A stretch of DNA of 64,000 bases from an uncultured Planctomycetales bacterium (GCA_964572155.1 CAZNDZ010000001.1:782290-846289); one strand, 5' to 3'. Shown: positions 1 to 10,880, numbered from the stretch's first letter. Notes: generated from the letters alone by a model not told the origin. Translations and numbers: made by a program.

Positions 1-35
1 GAACCGCTGGATCGTCGGGCAACATCTCAACAAAG

Positions 36-341
36 ATGCAAGCACTGCAAGATGCCGTCGCTGAAATCAAGAAGTCTGCGGATGATATAAGCCGTAACAC
101 CAATGATTCGCAATCATCCTTGAAACAAATCATCGATGGTGTCAATCAGCTCTTATCGCGTGAATCTGCGAAGGCAGGGTTAGAAGATTCAATGACGGTC
201 GCGGATCTTTCAGCTCAACAAGCTAAGGACATGGAAAAAGTACATATGAAGTTGGAAGAAATTACCGCGAAAATCAATGCCTTGAAGGAAGCAATGCAGT
301 CATCCGACGTGGTTGTCAAGTCCTGGTTTGAAAGTGACTAA
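36..341 (+). CDS. Hypothetical coiled-coil protein (101 aa from the ATG). Possibly 5'-partial, because the frame stays open to position 3.
   Basis: ORF with ATG at 36. No in-frame stop lies between position 3 and 36, so it may be the C-terminal tail of a gene that begins before the window. Helical, charged sequence with no recognisable family. Sits 8 nt upstream of the next gene. Confidence 0.45.
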   Translation: MQALQDAVAEIKKSADDISRNTNDSQSSLKQIIDGVNQLLSRESAKAGLEDSMTVADLSAQQAKDMEKVHMKLEEITAKINALKEAMQSSDVVVKSWFESD

Positions 342-349
342 TACATATT

Positions 350-1654
350 ATGAAGATTAAAAAACACATCATCTTAGGCGTCATCTTTGCTATGATCATG
401 ATACCGTGTGTCTATGCCGACGTGTATATCAACGTTATGGCGGTTAACGGTTCTGAGATTAAAAAAGAAACGCCGGTAAAGTTTAATTTACCGGGAGATG
501 TAACTGCGGGTGATATATTAGACACCAATGGTTTAACTTTAGATTATAATGCCAACGATGGCAATTATGTTGTTTCAGGCACAGCTACCTTAGATCCCAA
601 AGCATCAAAGACCTACCGCATCCGTATTCGTGATGTATGGAAATTATCACAAGAAGAAACAGATAAAATTAAGAATCAAATCAATAAAGGTTTTGAAGAA
701 ATTGGTAAGCAATTTGATTCAACCCATACGCAAGAATTAAAGGATAGGCTTTTAAAGCGTTTGGATTTGGTTATTGAACAGCAAAATGTAAAGGCAGACA
801 GCATAGAAAAACGCATTGACGCTGCGCGTTCGTATCGCAAAGAGATGCAGCGCATTCAAGATGAGGCATTAGCGGTAGATTACTGGCGTTCACAACCAGA
901 AGAAGTTAAGGCGCAGAAAGCCATCCGTTTAAAAATAGAAGTTGAGAATCCAGCGTCGAGCGCGAATACAAAGGTGAAACAGAAAATCTTTTTGCCGTCC
1001 GAGGTTAAGCCGCAACATGTCTTGGACGCAGCTGGGCTTGAAGTACGCTACGATCAAGCTAAACAACAACCATTTTTGTTCAAAGAAGATGATATTATCC
1101 CAGGTCAGAAAAAGACCTATGTGGTTAGTATTTTAGATATTTGGAATGTTGAAGCAGGGGACATAGAAGGCATGCGCAAGCGTGGGTCCTATGCTTACGA
1201 TTTCTTAAAGAATTCTAAATTTGTTGACACAGCGAAGATGTTGTTCGATAGTGCTAATGCCCATTTAGATGATATAGAAAAATCTCAAGCGGTACCAAAG
1301 GAGATTAAAGAACACATTAGTGCATATCGCGTTAATCAAGAAAGTTTTGAAGCATCACGATCAGACATTGAGAACTTAGAAAAGTTGCTGAATGTGTATC
1401 GTGAAGATCTGGAAAAGAGTAAAGTTAAGAATGTATTGCAAACCATTAGCACCTTTAAAGGTATTGGGGATGTTTCCAAGCAAGTCTTTGAAAAGAAGCC
1501 AACGCCGTCGACAACATGGAATTTTATTGGGTATGTTTTAATATTCGTAGCTGTCATCGCCGTCTTGTATTTCGTTTTCTTAATGATACGTAGCAGCGCT
1601 AAACCCAAAGTGGCTAAAACAGAAGAGAAGCCTCAAGAACAGCCAAAAGCTTAA
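350..1654 (+). CDS. Hypothetical exported protein, tail-anchored in the membrane (434 aa). It has a signal peptide, two ~90-aa internal repeats separated by helical linkers, and a C-terminal TM helix.
   Basis: N-terminal signal peptide MKIKKHIILGVIFAMIMIPCVYA. Repeat 1 (~aa 24-118) and repeat 2 (~aa 190-290) share the pattern LP..V...LD..GL...YD / KTY...I.D.W. C-terminal hydrophobic segment WNFIGYVLIFVAVIAVLYFVFLMI, then a basic tail. No family recognised. Confidence 0.6.
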   Translation: MKIKKHIILGVIFAMIMIPCVYADVYINVMAVNGSEIKKETPVKFNLPGDVTAGDILDTNGLTLDYNANDGNYVVSGTATLDPKASKTYRIRIRDVWKLSQEETDKIKNQINKGFEEIGKQFDSTHTQELKDRLLKRLDLVIEQQNVKADSIEKRIDAARSYRKEMQRIQDEALAVDYWRSQPEEVKAQKAIRLKIEVENPASSANTKVKQKIFLPSEVKPQHVLDAAGLEVRYDQAKQQPFLFKEDDIIPGQKKTYVVSILDIWNVEAGDIEGMRKRGSYAYDFLKNSKFVDTAKMLFDSANAHLDDIEKSQAVPKEIKEHISAYRVNQESFEASRSDIENLEKLLNVYREDLEKSKVKNVLQTISTFKGIGDVSKQVFEKKPTPSTTWNFIGYVLIFVAVIAVLYFVFLMIRSSAKPKVAKTEEKPQEQPKA

Positions 1655-1673
1655 TGCGTTGTTAAGGAGCAAT

Positions 1674-3203
1674 ATGGAATTAAAACCCTTACAGTATACA
1701 GAAGTTGGTGTTGTTAAATCCTTGCGCGGTTGTATTGTTATCGTCGTAGGGTTTAAGAATTGTATCAATGGTCAGAAAATTAATTTTGGTTATGGAACCA
1801 TGGGCATGATCGTTGGTTTCAATGAAACCGAAGCCCAGGTTTTATTAATCAAAGAAGTTGATAAGATAAAGACGGGTGACAAGGCCATTGCGTCGATTGA
1901 ACCTTTTGAAATGCCAGTTGGTGATAAGTTTATTGGACGCATTATCAATGTGTTGGGTGACCCCATGGATGGTTTGGGTCCCATTGAGAGCGATAAGACT
2001 GCACCCATTTTTCCAGAAGCCCCCCCTATCCTTGTTCGACAACCATTAAAGAAAACATTAGAAACAGGCATTAAGGTATTAGACGCGATGATTCCTATTG
2101 GTTTAGGGCAGCGTGAATTGATCTTAGGGGATAAGGCAACGGGAAAAACAACCTTTGTTACCGATACCATATTAAATCAAAAAAATACCGACGTGCTTTG
2201 TATTTATTGCGCTATTGGTAAACCACGTTCTGCATTAGCAAAAATTGTTCAATTATTTAAAGATCATGATTGCTTTAAATACAGCATGATTGTTACCGCA
2301 GGCGCGTCTGTGCCTCCAGGGCAACAATATTTAGCCCCATATGTTGCTTGTTCTTTAGCAGAACACTTTTTGCATCAAGGTAAAAATGTTTTCATCGGTT
2401 TTGATGACTTTACCAAACATGCATGGTGCTACCGTGAAATCTCTTTGCTATTAGGTCGTCCTCCAGGACGCGACTCTTACCCAGGAGACATTTTCTATTT
2501 GCATTCAAAGATGATCGAACGTGCATGTTACATGGATGAAAAACATGGCGGTGGTTCGATCACATTCTTCCCGATCGTCGAGATTCTGGAAGGTGACTTA
2601 ACAGCATTCGTTCCTTCTAATCTTGTTTCGATGACCGATGGACAGATTTTGCTAAGCAGCACACTTTTCGGTGAAGGTCAAAAGCCCGCTTTGGATCTTG
2701 GGTTGTCGGTTTCTCGCGTTGGTTCTAAAGTTCAGTGGCATGCCATTAAGACTTTGTCAGGGCCACTACGTTTGCAATACTTGCAATACCGTGAGTTGTT
2801 GCGTATTTCAAAACTAAAAACTACAGGGCACTCCGACGAAACATTAGAAAAATTAAAGCGTGGTGCTATCTTAACTGAAATTTTGAAACAAGATAAAGAT
2901 AAACCTGTGTCGCAAGAAATTCAGGTCATTATTTTCTTTGCATTTAATAAAAAATTATTAAATGATCTTTTGGTTGAAGAAGTGCGTATCTTCCAAGACG
3001 AAATTTTAGAATATGCTCAAGCTGTGAACGAGAATTTATTGAAGTTGATCCGGGAACGTCGTAAGTTAGACCCAGAGTTGGAAACGGGTATGACAGAACT
3101 TGTTAAAGAGCATGTGAAAGATATTGTAGGTCGTCGTAAGAAAGAACCTACGGATAATATGGATGATTATTTAAATAAGGACAGCAAGGCAGCGGCGGTG
3201 TAG
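1674..3203 (+). CDS. atpA: F-type ATPase alpha-subunit-like protein (divergent)
   Basis: Alpha-type Walker A GDKATGKTT followed by FVTDTILNQ (E. coli: GDRQTGKTA...IINQ). GRIINVLGDPMDGLGPI motif. N-terminal beta-barrel. Real start taken at ATG 1674, which is preceded by AAGGAG; the ORF track starts at a TTG at 1659. Confidence 0.8.
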   Translation: MELKPLQYTEVGVVKSLRGCIVIVVGFKNCINGQKINFGYGTMGMIVGFNETEAQVLLIKEVDKIKTGDKAIASIEPFEMPVGDKFIGRIINVLGDPMDGLGPIESDKTAPIFPEAPPILVRQPLKKTLETGIKVLDAMIPIGLGQRELILGDKATGKTTFVTDTILNQKNTDVLCIYCAIGKPRSALAKIVQLFKDHDCFKYSMIVTAGASVPPGQQYLAPYVACSLAEHFLHQGKNVFIGFDDFTKHAWCYREISLLLGRPPGRDSYPGDIFYLHSKMIERACYMDEKHGGGSITFFPIVEILEGDLTAFVPSNLVSMTDGQILLSSTLFGEGQKPALDLGLSVSRVGSKVQWHAIKTLSGPLRLQYLQYRELLRISKLKTTGHSDETLEKLKRGAILTEILKQDKDKPVSQEIQVIIFFAFNKKLLNDLLVEEVRIFQDEILEYAQAVNENLLKLIRERRKLDPELETGMTELVKEHVKDIVGRRKKEPTDNMDDYLNKDSKAAAV

Positions 3204-3206
3204 GCC

Positions 3207-3512
3207 ATGGCCAAAGTTTATAAAAATAATTTTTGGTGCACTATTCTTAGCCCTAAGAATATTATTTTTGAGAACAATGTTAATAGTTTGTTTATCATTG
3301 GTGACAGAAGTGAATATGAATTGTTAGCTTATCATTATCCATTGGTAGGATTGGTAAAAAAGGGCGATATCATCATTGATTGGAAGCGACGTTTACCTAT
3401 TCGTTCAGGGATCTTAAGATTTTTTGCAAATGAATGTACGATTTTGATTGAAGAGACAGCGGAAACATTTGCGGCTTCTCAAAATAAACAAGAACAAGCC
3501 ATTTCTATTTAG
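3207..3512 (+). CDS. atpC: F-type ATPase epsilon-subunit-like protein. Beta-sandwich only; the C-terminal helical hairpin is missing.
   Basis: 101 aa. The pattern ILSP..IIFE..V.SLF..G..SEY.LL..H.PLVG.VK.GDIII......LPI.SGIL....NE.TILIEETAE matches the epsilon N-terminal domain. Follows atpA after 3 nt. Confidence 0.5.
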   Translation: MAKVYKNNFWCTILSPKNIIFENNVNSLFIIGDRSEYELLAYHYPLVGLVKKGDIIIDWKRRLPIRSGILRFFANECTILIEETAETFAASQNKQEQAISI

Positions 3513-3524
3513 GAAGGAACAGGC

Positions 3525-3746
3525 ATGATAGCCGAAACGATTATTATCATGACAGTCATGTTCATCGCCGTCATGGGGCCATCTGTGGTCATTGCGGTGC
3601 TTGGTTATGCTGTTATAAAAGCGTTGAGCCGTAACCCATCAGCAGCACCAAAAGTTTTCATGGGCATGGCGATCATGTTGGTTTTTGTCGAGGCCATTGC
3701 TGTTGTTGCCATATTAATTGTATTCCAGCTCTTTTCACCTAAGTAG
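3525..3746 (+). CDS. atpE: F-type ATPase c subunit (proteolipid)
   Basis: 73-aa two-helix hairpin. Polar loop RNPSAAP. Conserved carboxylate in helix 2 (LVFVEAIAV). RBS GGAAGGAA upstream. No Na+-binding Q/ES/T signature, so it looks H+-type. Confidence 0.8.
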   Translation: MIAETIIIMTVMFIAVMGPSVVIAVLGYAVIKALSRNPSAAPKVFMGMAIMLVFVEAIAVVAILIVFQLFSPK

Positions 3747-3755
3747 GGATAACAT

Positions 3756-3983
3756 ATGGGTTTTAAATTTTGGCATGAAGCGTTTATCTTTGTATTGGTG
3801 TTTAGCGTCTTAATCATTGTTCCATGTTATTTTATCGCAGCATTTGGAGCCAAAATGATCAATGAGATTGGCAATTTTCCAACGCGTTCCGATGAGATTC
3901 AATCGAAGTCGTTGTGGAAGATCTTAGTGATATTTATTGTGACAGCATTGTTACTGTCGTTATTTTTTCATATTTTCTATTAA
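3756..3983 (+). CDS. Small 2-TM membrane protein of unknown function. Could be an Fo accessory protein analogous to AtpZ/AtpR/AtpQ.
   Basis: 75 aa with two hydrophobic helices. Lies between the c and b genes with 9- and 19-nt gaps. Too short and too hydrophilic to be subunit a. Confidence 0.45.
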   Translation: MGFKFWHEAFIFVLVFSVLIIVPCYFIAAFGAKMINEIGNFPTRSDEIQSKSLWKILVIFIVTALLLSLFFHIFY

Positions 3984-4002
3984 TCAAAGATAGGAGACTC
4001 TT

Positions 4003-4755
4003 ATGAGTTGGAATTTAATCATTCAATTTTTAGTCCTGACGACATTTATATCAGGCGCCATTATTTTTGCGTTATACATGGTCTTGATTAGAACCGTTGA
4101 TGGTGCTAAGCAACGTTTAGACCGTGATGCGGAAGCGGCGCGTAAACGTGAAGCTGAACTTAATCAAAAGATTAAGGAAGCTGATGCCCAGTTGCAACAA
4201 CGCAAAAAAGAATTAGACATCATGGAAAAGAAAATGCGTCAAGAGTTAGAAGAGCAATCAGCAAAACAAAAAGAAGAAATTATTAGCAAAGCGCGTACCG
4301 AAGCTGAAGAAATCATTGTTAAAGCACAGAATGCCCGTGATCAGATTAAGAAAGAATTAGAAAAGAATTATGAAATTAAAACTTTGGATTATTCCGTTAA
4401 GATCTTAGCAGACGTCTTCTCAAATAGTGTTAAGGATACCATTGACCGTCAATTGTTTAATGAATTTATTGAACGTTTAAAGACGGTTGATTTCTCTAGG
4501 CTTGGTCCTGATGTTAAGACAGCAGATATCATTACAGCTAATCCATTGGATCAAGCGGCGATCACGACGGTGTCTAACATATTCAAAGAAAAGTTAGGTC
4601 GTGAGATCAAATTTAATCCAAAGATTGATAAGACAGTTATTCAAGGTGTTGTTTTGCAATTTGAAAGTTTGTTATTAGATGGTAGTTTGCAAAATTCATT
4701 CAAAGAAGCTGCGGGGGCATTACGGCAACAGGTTGAGAAACAATACGCAGCATAA
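4003..4755 (+). CDS. atpF: F-type ATPase b-subunit-like protein with a delta(OSCP)-like C-terminal domain (a b/delta fusion)
   Basis: N-terminal TM helix (LIIQFLVLTTFISGAIIFALYMVLI), then a long charged coiled coil with KREAELNQK... The C-terminal segment ITANPLDQAAITTVSNIFKEKLGREIKFNPKIDKTVIQGVVLQFESLLLDGSLQNSF matches the delta C-terminal consensus (..SA.PL....I...L..K.G..V.....VD.SLIGG..I..GD.V.DGS....L). RBS TAGGAG. Confidence 0.55.
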   Translation: MSWNLIIQFLVLTTFISGAIIFALYMVLIRTVDGAKQRLDRDAEAARKREAELNQKIKEADAQLQQRKKELDIMEKKMRQELEEQSAKQKEEIISKARTEAEEIIVKAQNARDQIKKELEKNYEIKTLDYSVKILADVFSNSVKDTIDRQLFNEFIERLKTVDFSRLGPDVKTADIITANPLDQAAITTVSNIFKEKLGREIKFNPKIDKTVIQGVVLQFESLLLDGSLQNSFKEAAGALRQQVEKQYAA

Positions 4756-4769
4756 TACCTTGAGGCGAC

Positions 4770-5627
4770 ATGGGCAAAGCCAGTAAAGTTAAATATGAAG
4801 TTATGGAAGTCCGTGAGCTCGTCGACCTCGTTCAAGTTTTAAAAGACGTTGCGGATATGAAGTATCACTCGCTGATTGCCCAGCGATCAAAGTTTAATCG
4901 TTTTACAGAATCCTTTACCGATTTCTTTAGTCTCGTCAGTTTCTCAGAAGTAAGACACCCTTTAGTTAATAACAGCACCCCTAAAACAGCCATTTTAGTT
5001 ATCTCATCTGAACGTGGTTTCGTTGGCGATTTAAATACGCGTGTGGTTAATCGTGCTGTTGAAGAATTAGAAAAATTAAATGGTAATGCAGAATTTGTTG
5101 TTATTGGCAAAAAAGGTGTTGGTAAATTAGAGAGCATGGGCTACAAGCTCTTAAAATCATGGGAAGATGTTGAAGACAAAGGTTTTTATGAAATGTCTTT
5201 GGAGATCAAAGACTTTCTAGTTAAAGAAGTTATGGAAGAGCGCATTGGACGTGTGATTGTCGTTTACCCATGGCCTAAAGACTATACCGTGATCAAGCCG
5301 CGTGCCGTTAAATTATTGCCCTGTGAAGATCTTTTGCCGCAGCAACAAGCGAGTGTTGATTTTTTTAAAGAACTGATTGAAGAATCTGATCCTGTCGATA
5401 TGATGGGTTATCTAGCAGATATGTGGTTGTCATCGAAAATATTTGAAATATTTTATGATACAAATTTAGCGGCAGCATCGGCGCAAACCCAGCAATTGGA
5501 TAATAGTTTAGGAAAGATGAAGAAAGAGCGGGAAGTTGTTAAGTTAAAATATCGCAAAGCCCGTCGTGGTGACATTGATAAGAGTTTACGTGAAGTTTTC
5601 TCAGCCAGAATGATGGCGATCAAATAG
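4770..5627 (+). CDS. atpG: F-type ATPase gamma-subunit-like protein
   Basis: 285 aa. TAILVISSERGFVGDLN resembles the gamma motif VGYLVVSTDRGLCGGLN. Helical N and C termini (YRKARRGDIDKSLREVFSA resembles the gamma C terminus). Position between b/delta and beta. Divergent. Confidence 0.55.
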   Translation: MGKASKVKYEVMEVRELVDLVQVLKDVADMKYHSLIAQRSKFNRFTESFTDFFSLVSFSEVRHPLVNNSTPKTAILVISSERGFVGDLNTRVVNRAVEELEKLNGNAEFVVIGKKGVGKLESMGYKLLKSWEDVEDKGFYEMSLEIKDFLVKEVMEERIGRVIVVYPWPKDYTVIKPRAVKLLPCEDLLPQQQASVDFFKELIEESDPVDMMGYLADMWLSSKIFEIFYDTNLAAASAQTQQLDNSLGKMKKEREVVKLKYRKARRGDIDKSLREVFSARMMAIK

Positions 5628-5634
5628 GAGATAG

Positions 5635-7095
<1,461 letters not shown>

Positions 7096-7096
7096 T

Positions 7097-8842
7097 ATGT
7101 TTAAATCCGTTTCCAATAAGATCCTCCAAGATGTCCTTATCAAACAAGGTATCTCAAGCGTTACCGATGTAGCCAGCCATTTTTTTGCCGCACAATCCCA
7201 GCGACGGGATTTGTATGCATATCTCATTGAGAATAATGTTATCCCTGAGACGGTCTTAGCTGGGGCATTGGCCAAAGAATTTCGCGTTGACATCGTTGAT
7301 CTGCGCAAAATTGAAATCCCCGATAGTGTCATCGACCGAGTTCCTGTCAAAATAGCTAGTTTCTATGAATTCATGCCTGTCGCTTTAAATGGCAATGAAT
7401 TAACCATTGCCGTCTATCTTCCAGGTGATTTGCGTATGGAAGATGACATTCGTATTAATCTTGGTTTGTCACCTAAGTTTGTTTTAGCACCTAAGTTGCA
7501 AATTCAAGAAGCGTTAAAAAAATATTATGGTTTTGCCTCCCAAACCATTGAAGGCATTTTAAATAAAGAGCCTCAAAAAATAGCGACTGATCACACGCAA
7601 GCTTGGGTTGAGGATATTGAGAAAAAGAGTGAAGATCCGTCGGTAGCCAAGTTGGTTAATCAGATCATTCTGGAAGCGTATCAAAAAAGAGCTACCGATA
7701 TTCATTTGGAACCGTACCGTGATAAAGTGCGTTTACGTTATCGCATTGATGGTGTTTTGGTTGATGCAAATTTACCTCCTGAGGCGAAACATTTTTTGTT
7801 GCCCATCTTATCGCGCATCAAGATCATGTCGAACTTAAGCATCACTGAGCGTCGCTTGCCGCAAGATGGCAGTACGGTTGTGCGCACCAATGAGCAAGAT
7901 TTGGATTTGCGTATCTCAACTATTCCCACACCTCGGGGGGAGAGTATGGTGATTCGCATCTTGCCAACAAAAAGCATGCGCAATAATTTAGAAAGTTTAG
8001 GGCTTAACGCCTACAATGCAGAAAAGTTTCGTAAATTAATTAGCCAACCCCATGGCATCATCTTTGTTACAGGACCGACGGGAAGTGGTAAGACCACAAC
8101 CTTATACGCATGTTTGCATGAATTAAATCGAGATGCTCATAAGATCATCACGATTGAAGATCCCATTGAATATGAGATGGAAGGTATCACCCAGATTCAG
8201 GTCAACCCTAAGATCAATTTTTCATTTGCGGAAGGTTTGCGTAGCATCTTGCGTCATGACCCTGATATCATCATGGTCGGGGAAGTTCGAGATTTAGAGA
8301 CAGCAGAAATAGCCATTCGGACAGCATTGACTGGTCATTTGGTTTTTTCAACCTTGCACACCAATGATGCTGCCTCAGGCATTACACGGTTGATTGACAT
8401 GGGGCTGGAGCCCTATTTGATTGCCTCTTCTGTTGAAGCATTTGTGGCTCAACGTTTGGTGAGATTGATTTGTCCTCAATGCAAACAGAAAGATGATCAG
8501 GTGCCTAAGGAAATTCGCCAAGAGATTAAAGAATCGTTGCAATTACCGACGGATGACTTCGTGGCATATAAGGGTGTTGGGTGTGATCATTGCAATCGTA
8601 CCGGTTATTTTGGGCGAACGGCAATTTACGAGATTTTTGAAATGAGCCCTGCGGTTAAAGCCATGCTTAATACAAAACCAAAATTAGAACAATTAAAAGC
8701 GTTAGGTTTGCAAAACGGGATGGTGACATTGCGTCAAAATGGTTGGCAAAGTGTTGTCGAAGGTTTGACGACGGTATCAGAAGTCTTGAATGTCACGGGA
8801 AGAAAAGACCCGGTTTCCGATTATGCCCTCGTTCGTCTATAA
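7097..8842 (+). CDS. gspE: Type II secretion / type IV pilus assembly ATPase, GspE/PilB family
   Basis: N-terminal T2SSE_N-like domain. Walker A GPTGSGKTTT. Walker B DPDIIMVGEVRD. His box GHLVFSTLHTND. Tetracysteine CPQC...CDHC. Starts 1 nt after the atpD stop. Confidence 0.85.
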   Translation: MFKSVSNKILQDVLIKQGISSVTDVASHFFAAQSQRRDLYAYLIENNVIPETVLAGALAKEFRVDIVDLRKIEIPDSVIDRVPVKIASFYEFMPVALNGNELTIAVYLPGDLRMEDDIRINLGLSPKFVLAPKLQIQEALKKYYGFASQTIEGILNKEPQKIATDHTQAWVEDIEKKSEDPSVAKLVNQIILEAYQKRATDIHLEPYRDKVRLRYRIDGVLVDANLPPEAKHFLLPILSRIKIMSNLSITERRLPQDGSTVVRTNEQDLDLRISTIPTPRGESMVIRILPTKSMRNNLESLGLNAYNAEKFRKLISQPHGIIFVTGPTGSGKTTTLYACLHELNRDAHKIITIEDPIEYEMEGITQIQVNPKINFSFAEGLRSILRHDPDIIMVGEVRDLETAEIAIRTALTGHLVFSTLHTNDAASGITRLIDMGLEPYLIASSVEAFVAQRLVRLICPQCKQKDDQVPKEIRQEIKESLQLPTDDFVAYKGVGCDHCNRTGYFGRTAIYEIFEMSPAVKAMLNTKPKLEQLKALGLQNGMVTLRQNGWQSVVEGLTTVSEVLNVTGRKDPVSDYALVRL

Positions 8843-10031
8843 AGCCAAGAATACTAGCGCACAAACTGTTACGGGGCATGTTCAAGCCCAGCATCAGGAA
8901 GAAGCGTTGGAATTTATCTACAATCAAGGCCTTGTTCCTGTTTCCATCGAAGAAGAAACCAATCGCGGTGTTTTAGTCAGCCAAATTCAAACAAAGAAAA
9001 TTAAGAGCAAAGAAATCTATTTGTTTACAAAACAATTAGCAGGCTTAGTCAAATCTTCCGTGTCGTTGTTAAAAGCTTTAGAAGTTATTGCGCAACAAAA
9101 TCGTAATCCTTATTTTTCAAAAGTTATCGACGAGATAGCTCAAGGGGTCAGGACTGGTCGTTCATTTTCAAATTGTTTGGCGCAGTATCCGGTGATATTT
9201 TCAAATGTCTATGTGTCTATGATTCGTGTTGGGGAGGAGATGGGGCATTTGCGAGATGTGTTGATTGACTTGGCGCAGTTTTATAAACGCCAAGATGAAT
9301 TATCAAGCAAGGTATCGAGTGCGATTGTTTATCCGCTTGTCATGTTAGGCGTGGGTTCATTAACCGTAATCTTTATTCTGACCTTTGTCTTGCCAAAGAT
9401 AGCTGTGATCTTTGCTGATGCACATGAGCAATTACCAACACCGACGATCATCGTGATGACGATTAGTCAGTATGTGCGTTTATTCTGGATTCCAACATTT
9501 GCAGCAGGAGCGATCCTTTTTGTCGGGTTTAATCGTTGGCGCAAAACAAATATGGGTAAGATTGTCATTGGCGGGTGGTTGTTGCGGTTACCCGTCATAA
9601 AAGATTTGGTTATTAAGATTGATTTCACCCGATTTAGTCGCACCACCTTCTTGTTATTGCAGAGTGGTTTGCCATTATTGCGGGCAATTGAGACAGCCGC
9701 TCAAACAATGTCTAATCCGCAGTTAAGGATGGATATGTTAATGACCGCAGAAGCGTTAAGTGGTGGTGAGAATTTTGGACGATCATTAGCGCGTTGTCAT
9801 CATGTGCCTCCTATTTTTATAGAGACTTTGGCGGTTGCGGAAGAGGGTGGGCACTTAAAAGAAGCCTTTGCGGATATTGCTGATTCTTGTGAAATGGATG
9901 TTTCCGACGCTATTAAAACAATTACAACGTTGCTCGAACCTTTTATGATTCTAGCCGTTGGTGCCGTTGTTGGTTTTATTATCTTTGCAATGCTCTTGCC
10001 TATTTTTTCTATGGATATCATGGCCAGATAA
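8823..10031 (+). CDS. gspF: T2SS/T4P inner-membrane platform protein, GspF/PilC family
   Basis: Two tandem GspF domains with 3 TM segments. N terminus MPSFVYKAKNTSAQTVTG is GspF-like. Start taken at ATG 8823, which overlaps the gspE stop by 20 nt; the ORF track begins at 8790. Confidence 0.8.
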   Translation: MPSFVYKAKNTSAQTVTGHVQAQHQEEALEFIYNQGLVPVSIEEETNRGVLVSQIQTKKIKSKEIYLFTKQLAGLVKSSVSLLKALEVIAQQNRNPYFSKVIDEIAQGVRTGRSFSNCLAQYPVIFSNVYVSMIRVGEEMGHLRDVLIDLAQFYKRQDELSSKVSSAIVYPLVMLGVGSLTVIFILTFVLPKIAVIFADAHEQLPTPTIIVMTISQYVRLFWIPTFAAGAILFVGFNRWRKTNMGKIVIGGWLLRLPVIKDLVIKIDFTRFSRTTFLLLQSGLPLLRAIETAAQTMSNPQLRMDMLMTAEALSGGENFGRSLARCHHVPPIFIETLAVAEEGGHLKEAFADIADSCEMDVSDAIKTITTLLEPFMILAVGAVVGFIIFAMLLPIFSMDIMAR

Positions 10032-10032
10032 A

Positions 10033-10860
10033 ATGCCTAACATGTTTACATGGATGCTGTGTTTTTTATTGTTTCTTAATGTTCCAGCACAAGCTTTTGA
10101 GATCAATTTTGATTTGGAACAATGGAAACAGAAGAAAGGCGACCATTTTGTTGTTTATTATACGCAACAATCACAGGAACAGGATGCAGGAGAAATCCTG
10201 CGACATGCTGAAGAGGATTATGAGCGTATCCTAGATCGTATTGGTGCTAAGAAGGTTGATAATTTCTGGACGTGGGATGATCGTGTAAAGATTGTTTATT
10301 ACCCAGATGCGCAAAGTTTTGTGAAAGCAACTGGGCAACCGTCATGGTCTAAGGGTGTTTCCCTGAGCCATGCATCTAATTTCAAAATGCGTTTGATTGT
10401 TAGCTTTCAAGGTCAAGATGACTTTCTAGGTGCCGTCTTGCCACACGAAATTAGTCATTTGGTGATGCATGATTTTATGCGCAATAAACCCATGCCACGT
10501 TGGTTTGATGAGGGGGTTGCACAATTAGACGAAAGCAATAATAACGAGGAGCATCGCAAACTTTTAGCAAAATTGATTGAAAGCAATCGTGGGATTCCTT
10601 TTGCGATGTTGGATGCGTTTCCTTCCATGATCAGTGAGGATCCCATGAAGGCTGCAATATTTTATGCAGAAAGTCTTTACATTGTTGACTTTTTGATTAA
10701 AACTTATGGTAAGGATAATTTTGCCGAATTATGCCGGTTATTAAGAGATGGTCAAAATTTTGAAGCAGCTTTGGCAAAAGCGTATTATCCGACCATAGAT
10801 TCGTGGCAAACATTAGAAGCAAAGTGGAATCAGTACATGTTGTCTTTTGTACACATTTAA
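10033..10860 (+). CDS. Secreted HExxH zinc-metallopeptidase-like protein (gluzincin-like), embedded in the T2SS operon
   Basis: Start at ATG 10033, 1 nt after the gspF stop. Signal peptide MPNMFTWMLCFLLFLNVPAQA. HEISH motif with a downstream DEG glutamate (LPHEISHLVMHDF...WFDEGVAQ). Not a PilD/GspO-type polytopic prepilin peptidase. Confidence 0.55.
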   Translation: MPNMFTWMLCFLLFLNVPAQAFEINFDLEQWKQKKGDHFVVYYTQQSQEQDAGEILRHAEEDYERILDRIGAKKVDNFWTWDDRVKIVYYPDAQSFVKATGQPSWSKGVSLSHASNFKMRLIVSFQGQDDFLGAVLPHEISHLVMHDFMRNKPMPRWFDEGVAQLDESNNNEEHRKLLAKLIESNRGIPFAMLDAFPSMISEDPMKAAIFYAESLYIVDFLIKTYGKDNFAELCRLLRDGQNFEAALAKAYYPTIDSWQTLEAKWNQYMLSFVHI

Positions 10861-10880
10861 TAGAATAAACAGGGGGCTAT

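Noticed and set aside
1659-1673. ORF-track start of atpA at a TTG at 1659 (MLRSN...)
   Set aside because: An in-frame ATG at 1674 is preceded at optimal spacing by AAGGAG. The 5 extra residues are not conserved alpha N terminus.
1336-2170. Minus-strand ORFs (1336-1608, 1580-1768, 1790-2170, 1845-2042) inside gene Y and atpA
   Set aside because: They are antisense to strongly supported coding regions. They have low-complexity, odd composition and no motifs, so they are shadow ORFs.
3756-3983. The 75-aa membrane protein as the missing ATPase a-subunit
   Set aside because: It has only two short helices and lacks the conserved a-subunit Arg-containing TM4 and the 5-6-TM length. At most it is a small accessory protein.
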